A DNA stretch of 64,000 nt from Basidiobolus meristosporus CBS 931.73 (GCA_002104905.1 MCFE01000140.1:93189-157188), one strand, 5' to 3'. Shown: positions 37,331 through 49,965, counted from the first letter of the stretch. The notes: generated from the sequence alone by a model not told the origin. Program-made: numbers and translations.

Positions 37331-38792
37331 TATATAACCAGCAAGAGAGTTGCGAAACAGCCATTGGATTGGGTTGGCTGTTGGGCAGGTTCCAATTTCA
37401 TTTGTCCTCAGGATTCTTCCAGAACTCTGCGCGATCGTGACTTCCGAGATACTGGCCATGCATGCATGAACCATGGCCACACCAATAGTCGGTGGAGATC
37501 TTCCCTCTTCACCATGGAATTGATGATTTCAAAGGCCACCACATAGCCCCTTGTTTGTGCTCCACCTTTCCCGTCATGCCATCGGTGCGCCTTCGCCAGC
37601 CAACCTCTTACCGAGATTCTGTGGTGCTTCCACGGCATTACAATTCCCCCATCCAGGAGGGAATGGTTCAGGGAAATGGCTCAGGGAATGGTTTACCCTT
37701 GGCCAAGATCGGACCGATAAGGGGAAATTGTAATGCTCGATATCTACTTGCATCTGGGGGTCGAAGGTACCTTCAAAGTCCCAGACAACATGCCTCGATA
37801 GCCACCTGGACGTCCATCACGATTGCCAGCCAACAGGATAGAAAAGACGGGGCCATTCACAGGTGTGTGAAAGCCCTACTGCGCCGCTACCCATGGTGTA
37901 CACCCGAGAATCGCCCCGATTTGGCGCAGGGCCTTCACCCCATCGACATGTTACTTCCCAGCCCGCACACCCGCTTTAACCAGATGTGTGCAGTTGTGGG
38001 ATGTGGTGCGCGCAAGCCAATGATCCGAGGGTGGGTATCGATCAAGGAAACATCTGGAAGAGAGGGACGCCAACGTGAAAGCCATTTGGTGGAGAAATCG
38101 CGAGAACAGCTGTCTGTCGAGCGGAGGATTGGACCGCCCAACACCTGGCTCGCTTCGCCCGGTCTCCTGCCTCACATGCGATAACATATCTGCCCAGTAT
38201 CCATATGGGGCACGTAATATGTGCAAATCCAGCCGAAATCCCATTTTGGGTGGTGAACGTTCGGCGAAAGGTGAGCAGTCACCGTTGCACCCTCCTCCTC
38301 CAATATTTCCTACAGTTCGGCTTGGAAGCCACGTTTCTCTTCGAGTACTCTCGCCTAGGTGACCCTATTCGCCTATCAAGTTGCCCTACTTCCCAAGACG
38401 CCGTCACTCGTGATCTCTTCCCAAGTAGATACAGGGAAGAGTTGCGGAAGCCGGTACCATCCTTCCCAGGCCTGGGTTGGGAGAAGAGGGGCTGGCTTGG
38501 CATGACCTGGCGAGTCTGCCAGCCATCTAATCGGATGCCGGTCACGGAAAGGACGACGTAAAGAACAGTCTTAGTAGCCCACGAGGAAGAACCAGGCGTG
38601 TGGGAAAGAGGGTGGCTTGCGAGGGCATTTGCCTGGCTTGGCGGCTGGACATAACCGAGGAGTCCAGGATGGTCACTCCATGTTTGGCAAGGTGGATTTA
38701 TGAGGAAATAGAAAACATATGATCATTCGAACCCGAGATGAAATTTGGTCACAACCTATCGAGTATGATGAGAACTAGGTCTAGCACAGGAG

Positions 38793-38827
38793 TGAGGGTG
38801 AGGGTGAGGGTGAGGGCGAGGGCGAGG
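38793..38827 (+). repeat. (TGAGGG)4(CGAGGG)CGAGG microsatellite
   Basis: Read directly from the sequence, ~370 bp upstream of the 39196 start codon. Confidence 0.9.
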
Positions 38828-39195
38828 TCGAAGTCAAAGGAATTTGGGAATGGGATAGGATGATTCGCAAACGGCCTGGCCAGAGATGATTGGCCCTTTA
38901 ATCAAATGCCATCAGTTCATTTAATATCACGATCCGGATACATGTCAAATGGAAAACATGAAGAGATTCGAACGAATCAGCATGTTCCATTCTTGACCCT
39001 AGGGCGAGGGAAACAAACTCACCCTCACTTCGAGTCAAATCACTCGGTGGAATATTCCCCCGTAACGGAGTGGCGAGGCCTGATGATCGAGGGGGATTTT
39101 TTCTCCTCTCCTAAGTACTCGTACTCGAACTCGCACCCGCACCCGCACCCCTACCAGTACTTGTGCCTATACCCATAATCACTGCACGCGCTACC

Positions 39196-40185
39196 ATGGG
39201 GTTACTCTGGATACTCGTGGCCCTCTTCATCGCGGGCTCTTTCTATTTCTTTAACGGCAAGGCTGCACCCTCCTCCAACGCCGCTACCGGGGACGTGAAG
39301 CAGCTGACGAAAAAGAAGAAGAAGAGCAAATCGAAGGCTTCCCAAGGAGAGGCTTCGGTGGGGGCGGTGGAGGTGAAGGGCCAAGCCCAACAATCTACCC
39401 CCGCCGTGCCCGAACCCACAGCGCAGAAGAAGGGGAAGAAGGCCAAACCCACCGTCGAAGCCAAAAAGACCAACGCGAAAGAAGCCCCGGTGGTGAAGCC
39501 CACCAAACCGGAACCCTCCACCGAGTCGAAGAAGAAGAAGAAGAAGGCAGCCCCGGCTCCAAGTGAGCCCTCAGAGAAGTCAACCCCCAAGGTCGAACAG
39601 CCAACCAAAACCCTCCCTGCCTCACATTCGCCGAAACAACCCTCCGACTCGAAGAAAAACAACCCCTTGGCTGCGGAAGGGGACCCCACCTCGACAAACC
39701 CCATCGCAGGGGCGGAAAGGAATAAAGAGGAGGCATGGTATAAAGAGGAGGTTGCGAAACCCCCGGCGAGAGTAATGAAGATCAAGGGACCCGAACCAGA
39801 AAGTGCCTCGGAGGAAGAGCCAGAGGAGGGATGGATCAAGATCAAGAGGACCGTACACTCCCCCAAACCACCGGCCAGAATCCCGACCAACATCGAGCTG
39901 CTAGAGGAAAAGACGGTCACCGGTCAGCCCATCCTGACCAAGACCCAGCGCAAAAACGCCCGTCGGGCCCTGAAACGGAAAGAGGAAAGGGATGCCTTCC
40001 AGCAGCAGCAGGAGGTCCGCTTGCGCCAGCATCGTCGAGAGCTCATGAACGCACGAATCCACTCCAAAGATTACGCGCCCAAGCCGGAGGCGTCCAGATG
40101 GAACGTTCTCAGGTCGGAGGAGGAGGATGCGAACGAGGATGTGGACAATGCATCCAACAACACCGGCCTGATCTGGGATGTGTGA
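39196..40185 (+). CDS. Hypothetical protein, 329 aa: N-terminal signal anchor, Lys/Pro/Glu-rich disordered middle, basic predicted coiled-coil near the C-terminus
   Basis: Long ORF with gene-like codon use and ACCATGG context. Hydrophobic MGLLWILVALFIAGSFYFF and LTKTQRKNARRALKRKEERDAFQQQQEVRLRQHRREL. Confidence 0.8.
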   Translation: MGLLWILVALFIAGSFYFFNGKAAPSSNAATGDVKQLTKKKKKSKSKASQGEASVGAVEVKGQAQQSTPAVPEPTAQKKGKKAKPTVEAKKTNAKEAPVVKPTKPEPSTESKKKKKKAAPAPSEPSEKSTPKVEQPTKTLPASHSPKQPSDSKKNNPLAAEGDPTSTNPIAGAERNKEEAWYKEEVAKPPARVMKIKGPEPESASEEEPEEGWIKIKRTVHSPKPPARIPTNIELLEEKTVTGQPILTKTQRKNARRALKRKEERDAFQQQQEVRLRQHRRELMNARIHSKDYAPKPEASRWNVLRSEEEDANEDVDNASNNTGLIWDV

Positions 40186-41775
40186 GGCACCACCGCTCCG
40201 GAAACCACTGCACTCACCACACCACGGCGGTATCCAGGCATATTCCATATGTACGATTCATCACTGATAATAAACAAACCAATTGCACCGCCACATCTGT
40301 ATCCTAACCCTACGCCAGGCCCCTTTCATTGCGGAAGTCCAGAATTGGGAAATCGGACGGAGCTATCGGCAGCATCCGAAAATCCCTGTCCCTGGTTGGC
40401 GATGGGTTGGGACTTGCCAAGGTCGACCCGGATTTGGCTTGATAACAGCAACAAGGTTAAAGTTCGAACCAGCGCCTGCTCTCCCAACCATTACCACGGC
40501 CACGCGACGCACACCGAGAATAGCTAGATTGCCGCCAACCTCGCCTTGCCATTCCATTGTTGAGGGTGGAATGCATGGTATGGTAACCTATGGTGATGGA
40601 TCCCCGAAATCCGGATCCGCCATTGGCTCAGATGTGGATTGGGTGGTCGAGTTCATCCTCTCGTGATCCAATGGGTGGCTCGATGTTCTGTCCACCCTCT
40701 CGAGCAGGGAATGCCTGCCGACTAGAACAGGTGGCGTGGCGAGCACTTCTTGTTGAAAACACCTAGGCAATGTCGCACACGATCAAGTGGACATCCAGAC
40801 AATGTTGCACACGATCGAAGGCCTAGAGTGGGATAGCTGGACGGGATATCTAGGCAACCAAGTGCACTAACCATTTCCAGCAGATTAGTAGATATAAACT
40901 AACTCTATATGTTAAATTCCATTTGAATTTTCCGTTCGCCATCTGCCTCAGGATGGCCTCAGGATGACCAGTTGATGACTCCTAAATGCCCAGCACTCTG
41001 ACCATAAATGGCGTTTCTTCTATGCCACATATGGCAATCTGGTAATCGATGGGATTGCGATTGAAGCAGCCATCAACCATCCGCATTTCAGAGCAAATCT
41101 ATCCCTATTCATGTGACAGCAGCGAAGAGGACGCTGTCGAATGAACACTGTGTCACTGGTCGACATCCAACTGGTGGGGCAGGTGATAACCGTGGTGGCT
41201 GACTGGACATGTTGCCTGAATCTGGCTCTAGAGGGCTTATTGCTCAATGCCTTAGCGTATCGAGTCCTTGTTGGTGTTTCTCACTGGGTGTGACGTTGTT
41301 GTTTCAAATTGGGTCGAGACCAGGAACACAGAAAGTATGTACTAAACATGATCGGCCGGTTTGGCCAGATGCACCAATCAGATGGGGGAGATGCATATTG
41401 TGAAAAAGAAGGTGAAGGGAGGCCTAGATTCCGGGATCTGGAAACATCCTTGACTTGACTAGGTATTGTTGAGAAGTATGGCTAGATTAATGTGTTTTGG
41501 TTGATGAGGATCTAGTTCTCGACGAGCCTTCTGGCCCTTGGATGCTTATAATCACCCATCCACATATATACCGGCGGTGCTCGCTTTTTTTTCCCTATTT
41601 TCGTTAGATTTAGCCAAACAGCATATATATCATCTGCAGGAACTGCCAGCTCTTACTCAGCCTCATCAACACTCCCGCTCCCTCACTCGTTTTATTTCGT
41701 CCAAGGCTCGTTGATCCATCCAAAATTCCCTCTTTACTTCGTCTCGAACCTCCCCTCTACACAAGTGTCCTAAAC

Positions 41776-43180
41776 ATGGCACCCTTGCAAGCTTCACTCG
41801 GCACCTCACCTCACTCCAACCCACACACCCCCATCACCGTTTGCCTCGTTGGCGCAGGGACCTGGGGCTCTACTTATCACACCTTCGCCTTGAAATACCC
41901 ACACCTGATGAAGATTGTGGCCGTCGTATCCCCGGTGAAGTTTCGTCGCAATACTCTCGCTCAGGTAAACGAGACACACCTTCGGAAGACAGAGATGACT
42001 CGACGCTAACGTACCTTTCCCCTAGAGACTAGACCTTCCCTCCGAGCGTGTGTTCAGCGACTGGAGAGAGCTGGCCAGCCTCCCCAAAATCGCGGACGCG
42101 GTGCTCATCACCACCAGCGACTCCTCCGTGTACGAGGCGTGCATGCTCTTCGCCCAACTGAAGTACCACATCCTATTGGAAGAGCCCCACGACATCGACA
42201 TCCAAAAATGTCACGCGATCGTTGAGGCGGCTGCCCAGAACTCGGTGGTGTTCTCGGTAGGAAATTCCATCCGGTACACCTCCTGTAACCGCACCCTGAA
42301 AAAGATCGTCGATTCGGGATCCATCGGGGAGATTATGAGCATCCAGCACTTGGAAAAGATTGGATTTCAATCATTGCCCTATTCGGTAAGATTTCTGATG
42401 GATTGGTCTTGCGAGCTGGACTAACCGGATCTCTCCCTCTAGATCACCAAGAGCTCTCGTAGACACCAAGACAGCTCCCTCGCCCTGGTCACGAAAAACA
42501 TCGATGGCATCGAGCTGGTCAGCTGGTTGATGGACTCCCCGTGTCGTAAGATCAGTGCATTTGGAAACATGTTCCAGAATGCCAACAAGAAGTCCGAATG
42601 CGCTTTCCTGACCGGCAAGTCCTGCGCGAACCCAGTGGTCATCCAAGAGTCCCGGTGGGCGCCCTACTCGAGCGACTCATTGTACTACGACATCCCCACC
42701 GGATTCTCTCCCTTCAACCACCTCGCCACGCCCGCGCCCAGTCCATTGGAGACCGACATCTACAAAAACCACGTCGTGAACATGGAGTTCGACGAAGGAA
42801 AGACCTGTAGCTTCACATTGATCTCCGGCGGATTGGAGACCTCCCGTACCACTCGTATCTTCGGCACGTTAGGGGAGCTCGAATGCGACGGGAACGTCAT
42901 CCGACAGTTCGACTTTCTCACCCGTCGCAGCGAGCTCATCCGGCCGGATGTGGATGCGGCTGAGCAAGCGGCCGACCACGACGGTGACTACGGACTGATC
43001 GAAGAGTTCCTCGAGAATATCCGCTGGGGACGTGGCCAGTGGGGTCCCGAGCATGGTTTCGAAGAGCTCCGATCCAGGATGTACGTACTTGCCGCTGAGC
43101 AGGCTCAGGCGTCTGGCTCGGTGGTCAACGTCGACGACTGCCGCACCAAATGGTTTGGAGACGTGATGGAAGTTTACTAG
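41776..43180 (+). CDS. Gfo/Idh/MocA-family NAD(P)-binding oxidoreductase-like protein; exons 41776-41964, 42026-42385, 42443-43180
   Basis: Rossmann VCLVGAGTWG, ADAVLITT, VVFSVGNSIRY, GSIGEIMSIQHLE, VVNMEF and TRIFGTLGELE. Two phase-0 GT-AG introns (61 and 57 bp) with CTAAC keep the frame. Confidence 0.88.
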
Positions 43181-44058
43181 ACCGACAGGCGGCTGCGATA
43201 TCCACACCCACCCAATGTTCCATATCCATCAATCTCGATCACGTAGTGAACTGTTTATTCTATCCAACCACATACCTCCACCCCTCATCCTCAGCTACAC
43301 ATACACACCCACCACACTGTTTAATTATTCTCCTCCGATGCAACCCGATTGTTCATACCACCAAGCCTTCTTTCACTTTCCCCAATCTGCTGCTCGCTTT
43401 TCCCAACGTTCCTGTTCCTGGCCCTTGTACATTTTGATGTATTAGTAATGAGTCTAGTCCGCTAGGCCTCGTTCCTATCACTGATCCAATATTAAACAAA
43501 CCGAATATTCTTGATTTGCCAGTAACTTGCTATCGATCACCTTCGAATTGGGCAGCGGATGTTGTCACCAGAAGCAAGGCCCGGCTGATGATTGGTGGCT
43601 CTCGTTCCTCAAGCCTCGAGGGCTCCAGGGATTCTGGCCCCAATTGTTGGGGAGAGTCGGGTGACCGATATAGATATGGATTAATGAATCCCGTGAAGAG
43701 GAAAGCGGATCTTGATCGGTGGGGCTGTGGTGCTGCACTGACCGCTGTCTTCCTCGTGACGGATCACTGAGTGACCTTCAGTGACACGACTTGTGCGTCC
43801 GATGGGGATGTATAAGATGAGTCAGCCTGGGCTCGTGATTCCATGGATCAGGCAATTCCCTATGTTTAGGACCGGTATTTATTCGAGTGAATATTGGAGA
43901 ATCTACAAGTGCCAACAAATCGACATTATATGAAACATAGGTGTGGTTTACATGCGGGTGCTGATGTGTCGCGTGGGGTATGGTGGGTGGCGGGTGTGGA
44001 TGGAAGTGGATGCAAGGCGGTGGGGGTGGGGTGAATGGCGGAAGGGAGCCGGATGGAT

Positions 44059-45630
44059 CTAGTGATCATTGGCAATCTCGTCCACGCTTCTTCCCTTCGT
44101 CTCGGGAACGAAGATGTAGTCGAAAATTAAAAATACAAAGTTCAAGACGGTGAAGATGATGAACACCTTGGATCCCATGGCGTTGATCAGGGTGGGGAAG
44201 ATGAAGCCGATGATGAAGTTGCAGATCCAGTTCACGGTGGTCGCCGCGGACACCACCACCCCCACGGCCCAGGTGGGGACCAACTCGGGGGTGATCATAA
44301 ATGGCACGCACCCGAGGCCGATGTTGAAGCTTGCGGCAAAGCAAATCACGGAGAGCACCTTCAATGCGTTCACATGTGTGGCATCCCCAATCACCAGCAG
44401 CAATGCAAACAAACCCATGCCCGCAGAACTGGTCATCAACAAGGGTCTTCTACCAAATCGATCCACGATGAACGAGATGATACAGTTGATGACGAAGTTC
44501 AGGGCAGAGATCCCGACCGTGACCCCGGACGCAGCATCGGCCCCGGTGGCCTCGGTAAGAATCGCGGTAGAGTAGAAGCTCACGCCGTTGATACCGGAGA
44601 GTTGCTGGGAAGCATGGATGACGATACCGATCAAGAGCATCTTGCGCACGAATCTGTCGGCCAACACATCCTTGATTCTGGCAAGAAGGCTGGATTCCTT
44701 GTGTCCGGAGGACAGGTCATGCTGGTGTTGGGTTCCTTGGACGCCCACGCACATGTCGCTGAACTCGTTCTCGATGTAAGCCCCCTTGCGAAGTTTCTGA
44801 AGGGTGCTCTTGGCCTGGTCAAGCCTGTTCTTGGAGATCAGGTATCTGGGGGTTTCTGGACAGAAGAGCATGAATGCCATTTGCAAGATGGCCGGGGCGG
44901 CAGTCAGGGCAAAGATGCCTCTCCAGGTGGGGACCTCGGACATACCAAGGCCAAGTGCCTGGGAGATGAAAATGCCCAAAGCCAGGAAAATCTGGAGAAT
45001 GGCGCCCATGGCACCACGGTACCGGGTGGTAGATACCTCGGCGATGTACATAGGTACCGTTGCTGACCCGGCACCGCTACCCACACCAACGAAGAAACGA
45101 CCAATGGCGAACATGGGTACATTGACGGATGCGGCCAACAGGACGGCGCCAATGATGAAATTAATGTTGTTCCAAAAAAGGACGGTGCGTCTTCCATATC
45201 TGTCGGAACATGGACCAGCGAAAAATCCACCAACCAGACCTCCGATGGCAAACACTCCAACGCAGAAGCCCCTATTTTCCGATGGGTTAGTAATGGTCGA
45301 TGTGCGGGGAAGGCGAATGGGAAGGGGAAGGGGAAGAAGGGAATAGAAGCAGGCCTACCAAATCCAATCGCCCATGGGAAGGCAGTTGGGAATGGACCCT
45401 CCGCCGTCAGGGTCTGCGCAGTTACGAATGATCTTCTCGGGGTTGTTGGGCGCGCCCGTGTTGTAACCCATGTTGAAGGAAGCTAAGGCAGCGATCACAC
45501 AGGAGAAGAAAATATACCAAGTGAAGCCTTGTTGTCTGGAGTCAACAAGGCTCCCGGTGGCAAATCCATTATTCTCCTCTACATCACCTCCGGAAACCCA
45601 TTGCGATTTTTTTGTGGATGCTTCAGCCAT
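44059..45630 (-). CDS. MFS sugar porter (GLUT-like), 494 aa; exons 45630-45359 and 45271-44059
   Basis: SFNMGYNTG, DRYGRR, PMYIAEVS..RYRG, PETPRYL, QQLSGIN, DRFGRRPL and VPETKG. An 87-bp GT-AG intron restores the frame. Confidence 0.95.
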
Positions 45631-46184
45631 AGCGGGTGACGATTTCTGGATACTTGTCTGTTCAATGGTCGTGAGAGAGTAATGAAGCAGGCAAGCCTAG
45701 CAGTTGTCTAATTTTCATCGGTGGGACAGCGAGTGTATTTTATAGGGGTACGAGTTGACCGTCGCCGTACCATCCTCGGTTCATTACGAACTCACCTGAC
45801 TGGCCGGGGGATCTTTTGGATTCAATAGGATCCATTCAACATGGATTTCTGTGCGCTCTCGCCAAAATGACCGTCCAATTACCGAACCAACGAATGGAGA
45901 GTTTCCACTAGGCCGATTACAATCGCCTGGCTATATCGCTCAGTTACCAGTCACTCTAAGACTGAAGGAGCAATGCATGTGAGAAAACGATGAGTTCATT
46001 GTCGATCGAAAATCTGGAAATGCGTCTAGGTTTGCCGGCAGAACCTGGCTTTCCCACAGTATTCGCCTGTCAAGAGCAACGGGTTATTCGCTCCGTTGAT
46101 ATCCCTCGACTGTACCCTGCTGACCAACAGGAATAACCGCTTCTCCATGGCGGTCGGTCAGTAGCTATCATCACATCTAGATGA

Positions 46185-46750
46185 TCAGGTTTCTACAATG
46201 ACATACCCCGCATTGCTGTCTCCATTAATCTTAATTAATGGTTCTGGTTTTGCTGACAAACACGCTTTTTTCAACCCATCCGAGACATCAGGCAAGACAG
46301 GTGGACAAGGAAGAATAGAACTGCCTGCTGCGAGACGGTAGGGGATTTCCTTAATTTGGGCATGGAAATTAGTGTTGATTAGATGCCACTTCCTGATATA
46401 GACTGGAAGATGATCGGTGGGAAAGATGCTCCAGCTGTCCACCATTGGAAGTTCGACGGTTTCAGCAATATCAAAATTTCATATAAATCTCTGGATAATC
46501 CCGAGATAACTCTAATCTTAACCCGATGGATTGAATGTACAAGATGATCATGAAAGCTTAACTCGACCTTGATATCACCATGATCCGCTCTGAGACAGTG
46601 TTTAGTAGAACCGTACGGCAAACATCCAGCATAGTCGGTTGCTTCTTGGCTCGTGTCTGGTGGAGCGTAATGGCTTCGAATCCTTGTGAGGAGTCGTGTG
46701 TTGGCAAATAAGACCTCGCATGTTTCAAGGCCCATCTTCCAAAGCCGATC
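46185..46750 (-). pseudogene. Possible decayed APE-type endonuclease fragment of a LINE
   Basis: The motif order HYAPPD ... HGDIK ... RLE ... PTDHLPV ... KWHLIN resembles Y.PP / GDFN / RID / SDH.PV / W.LN, spread over frameshifted ORFs. Weak. Confidence 0.35.
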
Positions 46751-48310
46751 TCCAAAATCATGTCCGATCTTTCCGGACCTTGGAAAAGCATGGGCGGTAG
46801 TAAGCTATATCTCAAGGGTATTCTGCATGAGGTGTTAACCCTACAACAGCCGGGAAATTATCGGCGGGGTGCCAAGATTCGCATAGATCATCTCCACTAC
46901 CTATATCTAGTATATTTAAGCTCATTTCGATTAGAACGTGCGAGCATCAAGAGGGCCGTTGTTGATGATTGACGATTCATCCGCTCAACATTCTAGATGA
47001 GTGGGAGGATTCTTTTCGTTTGGAAGCTCGAATTTCTGAGATCACGGGGGGGCCTCTTCTCGTTTCGGCAACCAAATACAGTAGGTGGCTTCTTACCTCA
47101 GTGTTGATCAGATTACATCCCAAGGCTGCCAAACCGCCCATATGAGTGGGATGCTCTCCTGGGTGATTGCAGCACATGACTTGCCCTGTTTTTACGCTGA
47201 ATTAGTGTCACCTCCGAAATGGCCGACAGTTTCGGCCAGACTGAGTCATCGTTTGGCCCTATGAATGGTAAGATTCAATTTGACCGATAAGCAGCGATTG
47301 GTTCCACAAAAGCTGTCACTCTTCAGCGAGCCAGCGAGTGTGTAACCTAAGCTTCAGTGAGCAAACTAGAGCAATCTTTCTTGCTGAAAGCGCTAAGCTC
47401 AAGCAAGCAACGGTATGGTTTATAGTTAGCGCGGTTGTCCATTCGGACATGGAGTCGCCAAAGGCGCACTTCCTTTAAGATTGGCTGGGCAGGGGATCGT
47501 CGTTTAGAGTGGCGGAGCACTACGGGCGTTCAGAGGAGGGCGCGATGCTCTAGGCCAATCTATTGCCATCATTATCACCTTGGTAATCTAATCTCGCTGA
47601 GCTGGTTTGCAGTGGGAAGGGAAGAAGCAATACGTGTGGGTGGTTCAATCGAGAGTGAGTGTATCCGTACATGCAAGGGGTTTGGTAGGTGAACTCGGTA
47701 GGCTAGTGACACTCTAGGAGGTGTGGAGAGAATGCTGGGAAAGTTTGACCAAACGGGTATTGCTAGCCACCACAGTACATCTTAAGCGTTGTCTCTACTC
47801 CACAGCTGTTGAGATCTTATCATCGCTCTCTGACTGTCTTTGATGTTGGATGCTCTGGTACGTGGTTTGTAGCTTTGAAACGCTGCGTGGGCGGGGTGGC
47901 TGGTGGGATGCAACAAACCGGCGATTGGTCAATACACAGGATTCCTGAGGCCAAGCGGTTGTAACGGCATCGTGTATGAATTATCAGCTGACCAACTGGT
48001 TGTAGCTGTGCTACATCGTGGAAGCACTCCGGGTGGATGGTATTGATCAACCCTGACATCCGCCCACATCTCCACTCGGAAGCAGTATATTAAGAATTTA
48101 GGTTCCATTAGAGTTGGCATCCTGGGCAGTCAACCGAGGGTCGCTAAGTGCGATTATCGTGGAATGTGGGCCAGTACATCCACCCCAACACCAACGGGAA
48201 ATGCCGACCAGCAGGAAAGTTTCAGACAACCAGAAATCCCCTCGCCATAATAGGCAAGGTGCCTGGGATCCACGAAATTGGACAGCGCTATAAGCTCGAC
48301 CCCGCCTACC

Positions 48311-48392
48311 TATAAAACGGGCCCGCCATCACAATCGGGCCCCAGACAACTGCTAGGCTTGGCTTGAAAAGACAAGTATCCAGAAATCGTCA
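48311..48392 (+). promoter_or_regulatory. TATA box and two 5' blocks shared with the paralog (45637-45745, minus strand)
   Basis: CTATAAAA, AGACAACTGCTAGGCTTG and AGACAAGTATCCAGAAATCGTCA occur upstream of both ATGs. Confidence 0.7.
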
Positions 48393-48398
48393 TTTGCA

Positions 48399-49949
48399 AT
48401 GGTGGAAGAAGTCAAAAAATCTCAATGGGTCTCCGGCGCTGAGGCCGAAGACAACTCCGGGTTCAACACCGGAGGCCTGGTGGATTCGAGAAGACAGGGA
48501 TTCACTTGGTATGTCTTCGTATCCTCCATGACCGCGGCACTCGCTTCGTTCAACATGGGTTACAATACCGGTGCCCCCAACAACCCGGAGCAAATCATTC
48601 GTGGATGTAACGACCCAAGCAGTGGTGGAGCGTTGCCAAACTGCCTTCCAATGGGTAACTGGATGTGGTAAGTACACACACACGTTTATCTCTCGAGCGA
48701 GTCGTCCGTGCTGACCCAGATCTTTTGAACGTGTAGGGGCTTCGCAGTGGCCGTATTTGCTCTTGGAGGCCTGGTCGGAGGTTTCTTCGCCGGCCCGTGC
48801 GCAGACAGAGTGGGCAGAAAAACCGTCCTCCTGTGGAATAATCTCAACTTCATCGTCGGGGCGGTGCTACTCGCGGCCGCGGTCAATGTCCCAATGTTTG
48901 TTATCGGAAGATTCATGGTCGGGGTTGGCAGCGGGGCGGGATCGGCCATTGTGCCAATGTACATCGCCGAGGTGTCCACCACCAGATACCGCGGGGCCAT
49001 GGGTGCTCTGTTACAAATCTTCTTGGCATTGGGAATCTTGATCTCCCAAGCACTTGGGCTCGGCATGTCCACTGTCCCGGTGTGGAGAGTGATCTTCGCC
49101 CTGACCGCTGTACCAGCCGTTCTCCAGATGGGCTTGTTGGCGTTCTGCCCCGAGACCCCCAGATATCTCATTTCCAAGAACAAGCTGGATGTCGGCAAGA
49201 GCACCTTGCAGAAACTGCGTGCCGGCGCATACATCGAGAATGAGTTCAACGAGATGTGTGCGGGAGTCCAAGGCGTCAACCACGAACATGACATGTCTGC
49301 CGGGCACCAGGATGCCAGCGTCATCCAGAGAATCAAGGAGGTGATGGCCGATCGGTTTGTCCGGAAGATGCTGCTCATCGGTATGGTCATCCACGCATCC
49401 CAGCAATTCTCCGGTATCAATGCCATCAGTTTCTACTCCACCACCATTCTTACCGAGGCAACCGGCGCTGACGCCGCCTCCGGAATCACCGTCGGCATTG
49501 CTGCTCTTAACTTCGTGGTCAACTGCATCATCTCATTTGTTGTGGATCGCTTCGGTAGAAGACCCTTGCTGATGACCAGTTCCGCGGGGATGGGTTTGTT
49601 CGCGCTGTTGCTCGTGGTCGGAGATGCCGCGCATGCCAATTGGTTGAAGGTGCTCTCAGTGGTTTGCTACGCTGCGCTGTTCAATGTTGGTCTCGGGTGT
49701 GTGCCTTTCATGATCACTCCTGAGATGGTCCCTACTTGGGCAGCCGGTGTGGTGATCTCGTCCGCAACCACCGTCAATTGGATTTGTAACTTCATCGTCG
49801 GGTTCATCTTCCCCACTTTGATCAATTCCATGGGAACCAAAGTGTTCATCATCTTCGTGGTGCTCAACTTCGTGTTCTTGGTGTTCGACTACTTCTTTGT
49901 GCCCGAAACCAAGGGGAGAAGCGTCGATGAGATCTCGAAAAATCATTAG
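48399..49949 (+). CDS. MFS sugar porter paralog, 493 aa; exons 48399-48667 and 48737-49949
   Basis: Same motif set as the 44059-45630 gene, an intron in the identical codon position (69 bp) and an identical 1213-bp second exon length. Confidence 0.95.
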
Positions 49950-49963
49950 GCTTATCAATAACA

Positions 49964-49965
<2 letters not shown>

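Noticed and set aside
37492-38561. 230-aa ORF and overlapping ORFs at the island's left edge
   Set aside because: No recognisable motifs, non-ATG starts and similar-length ORFs in several frames of GC-rich DNA. A spliced gene cannot be excluded but is unsupported.
39243-39920. 225-aa antisense ORF
   Set aside because: A shadow of the Lys/Glu-rich sense gene (poly-Phe/Ser runs).
44150-45346. Several 140-250 aa ORFs antisense to the MFS genes (also 48686-49426)
   Set aside because: Codon-bias shadows of the transporter genes.
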